Source: Bacteroidota bacterium
Lineage (GTDB): Bacteria; Bacteroidota; Bacteroidia; Flavobacteriales; Flavobacteriaceae
Direction: 5' to 3'
Length of the DNA stretch: 64,000 nucleotides
NCBI GenBank assembly: GCA_012522045.1
Contig: JAAYLC010000198.1
Coordinates: 1,797 to 65,796, forward strand
Both the position numbers and the translations under genes were made by a program. The notes below the pieces were generated by a model. The model was not told where the DNA came from and ran no database searches. It saw only the letters and a list, made by a program, of their open reading frames with translations. Below, one piece after another: positions 43,901 to 50,035 of the stretch. Numbering within the stretch: position 1 is the first letter of the stretch; each line of letters begins with the position of its first letter.

Positions 43901-44008
43901 GATCAAACCTTAGCGGTGGAGATTCCCGAACACGTGTCGGCAGGAATTTATTTGGTCACTTTAACGTCTCAAGGAGAAACCCAAACATTGAGATTGGTAA
44001 AGGAATAA
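40943..44008 (+). CDS. large secreted T9SS cargo protein (FN3 domain plus C-terminal sorting domain)
   Basis: Signal peptide MKFKIFLFFFALGIVNTFSQ. FN3-like segment CPAPENLQTTNIQGTSAAVQW...YEFYVRADCG. C-terminal ~80 aa (VRLYPNPLRQTKFYIH...GIYLVTLTSQGETQTLRLVKE) match the T9SS type-A sorting-domain pattern. Confidence 0.8.
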   Translation: MKFKIFLFFFALGIVNTFSQVVIGDPNGFTDLLPIDGNYEYSYSQQLVYQNEIDVAGNITSISFMYQSGATTNSNQWEVYLGHTNKGSFVSATDWVDASQLTKVFDGLVSFPAPGNYLQINFSVPFAYNNTEHLVIAVKEKKTGYNGAILFAKTANNPATPGRAISFSDDGVMPDPFNPPMAYELTNYINHMMLGGLTQTCPAPENLQTTNIQGTSAAVQWTEQGTASQWTVYYGLNGFNPANSLQTTTLTVTSPNAVLTGLQPATAYEFYVRADCGSSDFSQLKGPVMFTTPCDIATLPYVMDFEGATQCLSFQTGGQGNGWLKMTGNQSGFTGIYAGYLFSPRPADAWLFTQAVELEQGKMYRLSYKYGNNSIFNTEKMKVAIGIENEISAMHTVLADHPEITMAIPNFNEVTFQVPNTDIYYVGFHAYSNANQFRLMLDDILIEEVTYDYTYQNGSWSPQDPSGVATATDNIIVIDGAATISLPLYVNNLNVMAGATLRMENTLNLHGNILADGDLIFGSGPTGNGELAAVSSTSTITGDVVVEHYMQDRRSYRMVSSAVTTSTSIRDNWQEGANSRADNPHPGYGTHITGSTIDRQNGFDATQTGNPSMFAVDVGAQQFVPIANTDNTTLNAGDAYLLYVRGDRQLKHIDSTGHSETTLRTRGQLHIGDYSQTFPTTAANQFVMFGNPYQSAVDINNVFDDAVNVNKGYYYVYDVNVGDYGGYVTITLPAGTNTLGLSVNQYLQAGQAAQFSTLTNGSATINFSEAHKAPGNYTANNAGSGMMATQMLNIQLFTEKKYNEGGSVQDGTAILFNPNHTNAVTASDAPKAFNFGENIAVDNNGNYLSIEQRELPQAGEVFSLYTSGFAHHEYVLKIESEGLDDYVMVLEDMFAGTETLLTSGINTYNFEISDALSKAHDRFRIRVVSDLLNVDEYAFEGVRLYPNPLRQTKFYIHAPSIADREVDVHIADMAGREIYKKQVTVSDQTLAVEIPEHVSAGIYLVTLTSQGETQTLRLVKE

Positions 44009-44020
44009 ATTTTTCAGCGG

Positions 44021-44275
44021 GAAGCGGTTTTTTAGTTGAAAGTTGAAAGTTGAAAGTTTTTGGGCGTGAGGCGAAATGCGTGAAGGGTGAAGCGTTTTTT
44101 TTAGTTGAAAGTTGAAAATTTGAGCTTCCTTAAATAGCATTGACCATTAACCATTAACCATTAACCATTTATCATTATTTTGTTGAGGCGTGAAGCGTTT
44201 TTTAGTTGAAAATTGAAAGTTTATTTGAGTCTCCCTAAATAGCGTTGACTTGTCATTTACCTGTTTACTTTCAAC
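44021..44275 (+). repeat. composite repeat block A: two tandem ~100-nt units made of 7-nt tandem arrays
   Basis: Each unit reads (GCGTGAA-type heptads), T-run, AGTTGAA heptads, TTTGAGCTTCCTTAAATAGCATTGAC, then a further heptad array (CCATTAA x~4 at 44143-44169). The unit restarts at 44087 and at 44188. The TTTGAG...TTGAC core recurs at 44119-44144 and 44224-44249. Confidence 0.85.
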
Positions 44276-44361
44276 ACCTCAAATGTCAGTTCGAGTATTT
44301 TTCAAATGTAGCGGAGCAAATTTGGAAAATGTATCGAGAACAGATTATGTTAACTAAACTC

Positions 44362-44416
44362 ACATTCACCATTCACCATTCACCATTCACCATTCCCCAT
44401 TCACCATTCCCCATTC
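44362..44416 (+). repeat. tandem heptanucleotide array CCATTCA/CCATTCC (~7.8 copies)
   Basis: The read is ACATTCACCATTCACCATTCACCATTCACCATTCCCCATTCACCATTCCCCATTC. It ends ~80 nt upstream of the cysQ start. Confidence 0.9.
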
Positions 44417-44493
44417 TTAATTCCTTTTTTATTTACATCTCATTTTCAATTTTTTTTTATTTCTTTGTAAACTCAATAATCTGACCAAATAAC

Positions 44494-45279
44494 GTGAAAA
44501 ATTTATTGACTGCTGCTATTCTTGCCGCTACTGAAGCCGGACAAGAAATACTAAAAATATACGAAAATCCGATTGCTGTTGAAATAAAAGACGACAATTC
44601 TCCCCTTACTCTTGCCGATAAACATGCCAATACGGTCATCAACCATCATCTTGAACCTTTGGGAATTCCGATTATCAGTGAAGAAAACAAGCAAACTGCT
44701 TATGAAGTTCGGAAAGGTTGGAATCGGTGTTGGATTGTGGATCCGTTGGACGGAACCAAAGAATTTATCAAACGCAACGGCGAATTTACCGTAAACATTG
44801 CCCTTATAGAAAACGACACGCCGGTACTCGGCGTGATTTATGTCCCGGTGACCAAAGAACTCTATTTTAGTTCTCCGCAACAAAAAGGCGCCTTTAAAAC
44901 CATTCTCCAATCAGGAGCAAACGTTGAAGAATTTTTAGAACACGCAAAACCGATACATCCCCAAACTGCCGAAGTGGTTAAAATTGTCGGAAGCAAATCT
45001 CATTTAAATGAAGACACTTCCAATTTTATAAAATCGGTTGAGAAGTCCACTCCGGTGGAAGTGATTTCCAAAGGAAGTTCGCTTAAATTTTGTTTGGTAG
45101 CCGAAGGGAAAGCGCAGTTATATCCGCGTTTTGCACCCACCATGGAATGGGATACGGCTGCCGGCGATGCGATATGTCGTGCCGTGGGTGTATCCGTAAT
45201 CGATCAAACGACCGCGAAACCCATGAAATACAACAAACAAAACTTGTTAAACAATTATTTCTTGGTGCGTTATGCTTGA
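44494..45279 (+). CDS. cysQ: 3'(2'),5'-bisphosphate nucleotidase
   Basis: GTG start. Inositol-monophosphatase-superfamily motifs IISEEN and WIVDPLDGTKEF. Context is cysC/D/N. Confidence 0.85.
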   Translation: MKNLLTAAILAATEAGQEILKIYENPIAVEIKDDNSPLTLADKHANTVINHHLEPLGIPIISEENKQTAYEVRKGWNRCWIVDPLDGTKEFIKRNGEFTVNIALIENDTPVLGVIYVPVTKELYFSSPQQKGAFKTILQSGANVEEFLEHAKPIHPQTAEVVKIVGSKSHLNEDTSNFIKSVEKSTPVEVISKGSSLKFCLVAEGKAQLYPRFAPTMEWDTAAGDAICRAVGVSVIDQTTAKPMKYNKQNLLNNYFLVRYA

Positions 45280-45685
45280 TCGGTCCAAAAGGAGGCACCT
45301 TGCCAAGACCATTACTTGGAGAATTGTCGGGACCTTAGACACGATTATTATTTCTTGGGTCATCACGGGAAGTCCTTTATTGGGCGTGCAAATAGGAGGC
45401 GCAGAAGTATTGACAAAAATGGTGTTGTACTACTTGCACGAACGCGCGTGGTTTAAAATCAATTTGACCAAAGCCGGGTATATTCGCAAAAGTCGGATAC
45501 GGCATATCATAAAAGCCGTCACTTGGCGCATTATTGGAACTTTGGATACCATGGTGTTGGGATGGATCATTTCGGGAAATGCCATGGCGGGGTTAAAAAT
45601 CGGATTGGTAGAATTACTGACCAAGATGTTTTTATATTATTTACATGAACGCGTATGGTACAAATCAACCTACGGATTGGATTAG
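45272..45685 (+). CDS. DUF2061-like small membrane protein (internally duplicated)
   Basis: Two homologous halves: RHLAKTITWRIVGTLDTIIISWVITG...LTKMVLYYLHERAWFKI and RHIIKAVTWRIIGTLDTMVLGWIISG...LTKMFLYYLHERVWYKS. Its ATG overlaps the cysQ stop (ATGCTTGA). Confidence 0.6.
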   Translation: MLDRSKRRHLAKTITWRIVGTLDTIIISWVITGSPLLGVQIGGAEVLTKMVLYYLHERAWFKINLTKAGYIRKSRIRHIIKAVTWRIIGTLDTMVLGWIISGNAMAGLKIGLVELLTKMFLYYLHERVWYKSTYGLD

Positions 45686-45696
45686 AATAAAATACA

Positions 45697-46299
45697 ATGG
45701 CAAACCTGTTTAAACAAAATTATCAGATTGAAGCTGCTCATCGTCAAAAATTAAAGGGACACCGTCCTTTGACTTTGTGGTTTACCGGCCTGTCCGGATC
45801 GGGAAAATCGACAATTGCCAATGCGTTGGAACAAAAATTATACGACGAGGGAATTCACACCTATACTTTGGACGGGGATAACATTCGCTTGGGCATCAAT
45901 GCCAACCTCACCTTCAGTCCTGAAGACCGCGCCGAAAACCTGCGCCGTGTAGCCGAAGTAGCCAAATTGATGAATGATGCCGGGCTGGTTGTTCTGGCTG
46001 CTTTTGTGTCGCCTTACAGAAAAGACAGAGAAAAGGTGAAAAATATCGTAGGGAATGATAACTTTGTCGAAATTTATGTAAATACTCCCTTGGAAACGTG
46101 TGAGGCACGCGATATAAAAGGCTTGTATGCAAAAGCACGAAAAGGAGAAATACAGAATTTTACAGGTGTCAATGCGCCTTATGAACCTCCCCTAAATTCA
46201 GACATCAGCATCGACACCTCCAAAGAGTCGATAGAAACTTCCGTAGCAACATTATGGGAGCAACTAAAAAACAGAATCATAGAAACACCATCAACATAA
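45697..46299 (+). CDS. cysC: adenylyl-sulfate (APS) kinase
   Basis: P-loop GLSGSGKST and LDGDNIR motif. 200 aa. Confidence 0.9.
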   Translation: MANLFKQNYQIEAAHRQKLKGHRPLTLWFTGLSGSGKSTIANALEQKLYDEGIHTYTLDGDNIRLGINANLTFSPEDRAENLRRVAEVAKLMNDAGLVVLAAFVSPYRKDREKVKNIVGNDNFVEIYVNTPLETCEARDIKGLYAKARKGEIQNFTGVNAPYEPPLNSDISIDTSKESIETSVATLWEQLKNRIIETPST

Positions 46300-46319
46300 A
46301 TGCATTGAGAACTAATGAT

Positions 46320-47225
46320 ATGAGCACGTATTATTTAAATTATTTAGACGAATTAGAAGCAGAAGCAATTTACATCCTTCGTGAAGTGGCGGCACAATTT
46401 GAAAACCCCGTCATTTTGTTTTCGGGTGGGAAAGATTCTATTTTGGTTACCCATTTGGCACGAAAGGCATTTTATCCGTGTAAGATTCCATTTGCACTTT
46501 TACACGTGGATACCGGACACAATTTTCCGGAAACCATCGCTTTCCGCGACCAATTGATTGAAGAATTGGGCGTTCAGTTGTTGGTAGGCTCGGTACAGGA
46601 AGCCATCGATAACGGAAGAGTGGTGGAGGAACGCGGTAGAAACGCTTCCAGAAATACTTTGCAAATCACCACCTTATTGGATGCCATTGAGACCCATCGG
46701 ATTGATTGTGCCATTGGTGGCGGAAGAAGAGACGAAGAAAAAGCCCGTGCAAAAGAACGCATTTTCTCGCACCGCGATGAGTTTGGACAATGGGATCCGA
46801 AAAACCAACGTGCCGAACTGTGGACCATTCTCAACGGCAAATGTTTTGAAGGCGAACATTTTCGCGCTTTCCCAATCAGTAATTGGACAGAAATGGACGT
46901 GTGGAATTACATTCGTCGGGAAAACATTCAAATCCCTTCTCTTTATTTTGCACACGAACGCGAAGTAGTTTGGAGAAACAACTCGTGGATTCCCGTTTCG
47001 GAGTTTTTAAAACGAGACGAACGCGAAGAAATCGTCACCAAGAGAATTCGCTTCCGCACACTGGGCGACATCACCATTACGGGCGGGATTGAATCCGATG
47101 CCGATACTTTGGAGAAAATCGTGATGGAAGTGGCGGCGATGAAACAGACCGAACGCGGGAATCGAGCAGATGACAAACGCAGTGAAACGGCGATGGAAGA
47201 CAGAAAAAAACAAGGATATTTTTAA
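46320..47225 (+). CDS. cysD: sulfate adenylyltransferase subunit 2
   Basis: PP-loop FSGGKDS. I start it at ATG 46320 (MSTYYLNYLDELEAEAI...) rather than the track's 46254, which overlaps cysC. Confidence 0.9.
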   Translation: MSTYYLNYLDELEAEAIYILREVAAQFENPVILFSGGKDSILVTHLARKAFYPCKIPFALLHVDTGHNFPETIAFRDQLIEELGVQLLVGSVQEAIDNGRVVEERGRNASRNTLQITTLLDAIETHRIDCAIGGGRRDEEKARAKERIFSHRDEFGQWDPKNQRAELWTILNGKCFEGEHFRAFPISNWTEMDVWNYIRRENIQIPSLYFAHEREVVWRNNSWIPVSEFLKRDEREEIVTKRIRFRTLGDITITGGIESDADTLEKIVMEVAAMKQTERGNRADDKRSETAMEDRKKQGYF

Positions 47226-48513
47226 GGGAAATATAAGTAACAAAAAAACGACAGCAGTGGAATTAAATAACAACCAATTATTACGATTTACGACAGCGGG
47301 AAGTGTAGATGACGGAAAAAGTACCCTAATCGGACGTTTGTTGTACGACAGTAAAGCCATTTTTGAAGATCAGTTGGAAGCCGTAGAAAAAACGAGTACC
47401 CGAAAAGGACTTGAATCGGTAGATTTGGCCATGTTTACCGACGGATTGCGAGACGAAAGAGAACAAGGAATTACCATCGATGTTGCTTACCGTTATTTTA
47501 CAACGCCCAAACGAAAATTTATCATTGCCGATACGCCCGGTCACATTCAGTACACGCGAAATATGGTAACCGGTGCTTCGACTGCAAATGCGGCATTGAT
47601 TCTTATCGATGCCCGTCAGGGAGTGACGGAACAAACCAAGCGCCATTCCTTTATCGCTTCGCTGTTACACATTCCTCATGTGATTGTGTGTGTCAACAAA
47701 ATGGATTTGGTCGATTATTCCGAAGAAGTGTTCCAAAACATCGTCCGTCAGTTTGAAGCCTTTTCGTCAAAACTGATGATTAAGGACATTCGGTTTTTAC
47801 CTATCAGTGCTTTGCTGGGAGACAATGTGGTAAACCGTTCCGAAAACATGCCGTGGTTTCAAGGCGCCCCTTTGTTGTCCAATTTGGAAACCATGCACAT
47901 TGGAAGCGATATCAATAAAATTGATGCCCGATTCCCGGTTCAGACCGTGCTGCGACCGCAATCGGAGGAATTCAGAGACTTTAGAGGCTATGCCGGAAGA
48001 ATTTCCAGCGGTATTTTCAGAGTCGGTGACGAAGTGGTGGTGCTGCCTTCGGGATTAACTTCCTCCATCAAAGCCATCACGACCATGGACGGCGAATTGG
48101 ACGAAGCTTTTGCGCCCATGTCCGTCGCCATAAGTTTGGAAGATGATATCGATGTCAGTCGCGGCGATTTGATTGCAAAGAAAAACAACCGTCCGGAACC
48201 GTTGCAGCGGTTTGATGCCATGATATGTTGGTTTGGAACTCGTCCTGCACAAACTCGGGCAAAATACACCATCTTACACGCCAATAACGAACAAAAAGCA
48301 ATAATCAAAGAAGTATTGTATAAAATCGATATCGATACGTATGCCCGGAATGAAGCGGACAAAGAATTGCGGATGAACGACATCTGTCGGGTGAGTATGC
48401 ACACGACGGCACCTTTGATGACCGACAAGTATCGTGACAACCGAATTACCGGAAGTTTTGTCCTGATTGACGAAGGCACGTTCGAAACCGTTGCGGCGGG
48501 AATGATTGTTTAA
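47170..48513 (+). CDS. cysN: sulfate adenylyltransferase subunit 1 (GTPase); start uncertain
   Basis: G motifs GSVDDGKST, DTPGH and NKMD. ATG 47170 overlaps cysD by 56 nt. GTG 47257 (VELNNNQLLRF...) is an alternative start 31 nt after the cysD stop. Confidence 0.85.
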   Translation: MTNAVKRRWKTEKNKDIFKGNISNKKTTAVELNNNQLLRFTTAGSVDDGKSTLIGRLLYDSKAIFEDQLEAVEKTSTRKGLESVDLAMFTDGLRDEREQGITIDVAYRYFTTPKRKFIIADTPGHIQYTRNMVTGASTANAALILIDARQGVTEQTKRHSFIASLLHIPHVIVCVNKMDLVDYSEEVFQNIVRQFEAFSSKLMIKDIRFLPISALLGDNVVNRSENMPWFQGAPLLSNLETMHIGSDINKIDARFPVQTVLRPQSEEFRDFRGYAGRISSGIFRVGDEVVVLPSGLTSSIKAITTMDGELDEAFAPMSVAISLEDDIDVSRGDLIAKKNNRPEPLQRFDAMICWFGTRPAQTRAKYTILHANNEQKAIIKEVLYKIDIDTYARNEADKELRMNDICRVSMHTTAPLMTDKYRDNRITGSFVLIDEGTFETVAAGMIV

Positions 48514-48679
48514 AATTATAGGTGAGAAAAATGCTTAAAATTACGATTGATTTAAAATTTAAGGAGGCCATACATGATTTTAAATACGATCGCAGCACAT
48601 TGGCCTAAAATGAATGGTTTTTATCAATTTCTTATATTTTTTATATTAGCACCACTAACGATTACCATATTTTCAATTT

Positions 48680-49525
48680 ATGGAACTTGAAACCAGAGTA
48701 TATCAAAAAGAAAGCAACCTCCGGGTGGGTAGGCTGCTCAGAGAAAGTTTGATTGACATAAATAAATCCCGCTTTTTGTCGTTTCAATTGGCAAAACGCG
48801 ATATTTCTGCCATGTACCGCCAGAGTTTCCTCGGGATTTTATGGGCATTTATCATGCCGCTCAGTACGGCTTTTGTTTGGATTTTCTTAAACAGCTCGGG
48901 CACGGTACGCGTCACTGACACAGGCATTCCGTATCCGGTGTATGCATTTACCGGAACGCTGCTCTGGTCGATTATTACCGAAGCGATCAATTCTCCCATC
49001 ACGAGTACCAACGGCTCCAAATCCATTTTGGCGAAAATCAACTTTCCCAAAGAGGCATTGGTCATGTCCGGAATTTTGAAGTTGCTCTTTAACAGTTCGA
49101 TAAAGGTGTTAATCCTGATAATTTTTGTGTTTGCCTTCGGAGTCGGATTTCACTGGAGTTTGCTGTTGTTTCCGATTGCTTTGTTCGGCGGGATCCTCTT
49201 CGGAACGACGGTAGGGCTTTTTATTACGCCTCTGGGACTGCTTTATACCGATGTCGGCAAAATGATTACGTTCGGATTGCAATTATTGATGTATGTGACG
49301 CCGGTGGTGTATTCCATTCCGGAAAGTGGCATTATGAAAACCATAATGGAATGGAATCCCTTGACTCCAATCATCTTAACCGCCCGCGATTTGGCTGTGG
49401 GGATGCCGCCGACCTACTTGACCTATTTTTTAATCGTCGTCTTAGGCTGTATTCCCTTGTTGTTTGTAGGCTTGGTATTTTATAGAATTTCCATCCCGAT
49501 TTTGGTGGAGCGGATGAGTTCGTAA
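48680..49525 (+). CDS. wzm: ABC-2 type polysaccharide export permease
   Basis: 281 aa and six TM helices. The N-terminal cytoplasmic stretch ...RDISAMYRQSFLGILWAFIMPL is typical of Wzm/TagG/KpsM permeases. Confidence 0.8.
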   Translation: MELETRVYQKESNLRVGRLLRESLIDINKSRFLSFQLAKRDISAMYRQSFLGILWAFIMPLSTAFVWIFLNSSGTVRVTDTGIPYPVYAFTGTLLWSIITEAINSPITSTNGSKSILAKINFPKEALVMSGILKLLFNSSIKVLILIIFVFAFGVGFHWSLLLFPIALFGGILFGTTVGLFITPLGLLYTDVGKMITFGLQLLMYVTPVVYSIPESGIMKTIMEWNPLTPIILTARDLAVGMPPTYLTYFLIVVLGCIPLLFVGLVFYRISIPILVERMSS

Positions 49526-49527
49526 GA

Positions 49528-49577
49528 GCGTGAAGCGAAATGCGTGAAGGGTGAAGCGAAAAGCGTGACGCTTCACG
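49528..49577 (+). repeat. repeat block B: 7 phased heptads (GCGTGAA GCGAAAT GCGTGAA GGGTGAA GCGAAAA GCGTGAC GCTTCAC)
   Basis: Starts 3 nt after the wzm stop. Shares GAAATGCGTGAAGGGTGAAGCG with 44073-44094. GTGAAGCG and CGCTTCAC within it can pair as a hairpin. Confidence 0.85.
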
Positions 49578-49594
49578 AAAAAATATTAATAGTT

Positions 49595-49945
49595 ATGAAC
49601 CATAAAGATTTAGATGTTTGGAAATGTAGTATGGATTTGGTTACGCTGGTTTATCAAAATACGGCTCAATTGCCGAAAGAAGAACGATATGGATTAACAA
49701 GTCAAATGCGTCGTGCTGCGGTTTCTATACCTTCTAATATTGCTGAAGGTTCAGCGAGGAAAGGAGATAAAGAACTCATTCAATTTATTACAATAGCATT
49801 AGGATCAGTCGCTGAATTAGAAACACAATATTTGATTGCAATACGATTAAAACTTATTGAAGAAAATAACAATTTAGAAGATTTGATAATTAAGGTAAGA
49901 CAATTATTATTGGGATATAGAAATTATTTAGTGCGAAAAACGTAA
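49595..49945 (+). CDS. four-helix-bundle protein (23S rRNA intervening-sequence protein / Avd-like family)
   Basis: 116 aa with the family pattern DLDVWKCSMDLV...LPKEERYGLTSQMRRAAVSIPSNIAEGSARKGDKELIQFITIALGSVAELETQ. The true start is ATG 49595, because the track's GTG at 49544 lies inside repeat B. Confidence 0.85.
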   Translation: MNHKDLDVWKCSMDLVTLVYQNTAQLPKEERYGLTSQMRRAAVSIPSNIAEGSARKGDKELIQFITIALGSVAELETQYLIAIRLKLIEENNNLEDLIIKVRQLLLGYRNYLVRKT

Positions 49946-49947
49946 AA

Positions 49948-50019
49948 CGTGAAGTGAAATGCGTGAAGGGTAAATCGAAATGCGCTAAACGCCTCACGCC
50001 TCACGCCTCACGCCTCACG
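49948..50019 (+). repeat. repeat block C: ~10 phased heptads ending in (CGCCTCA)x4
   Basis: The read is ACGTGAA GTGAAAT GCGTGAA GGGTAAA TCGAAAT GCGCTAA ACGCCTC x4. It starts 3 nt after the four-helix-bundle stop. CGCCTCACG is the reverse complement of the CGTGAGGCG-type heptads on the left side. Confidence 0.85.
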
Positions 50020-50035
50020 AAAAAACAATTAACCA

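Noticed and set aside
44034-44416. Possible CRISPR array, because of many short direct repeats
   Set aside because: The repeat period is 7 nt, there are no unique spacers of 25-40 nt, and no cas genes lie in the window. These are microsatellite-like tandem arrays.
44245-44484. 79-aa ORF reading through the CCATTCA array (FTIHHSPFTIPHSPFPI...)
   Set aside because: Its sequence is generated by the heptad repeat itself, it has no plausible start context, and it is low-complexity. It is a by-product of the repeat.
47988-48479. 163-aa ORF antisense to cysN, and similarly 42482-42970 antisense to the T9SS cargo gene
   Set aside because: These are shadow ORFs inside genes with strong motif support on the opposite strand. 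No motifs were found in them.
48531-48608. 25-codon ORF (MLKITIDLKFKEAIHDFKYDRSTLA) between cysN and wzm
   Set aside because: It is too short to support from sequence alone and has no recognisable motif. It could be chance or a gene remnant.
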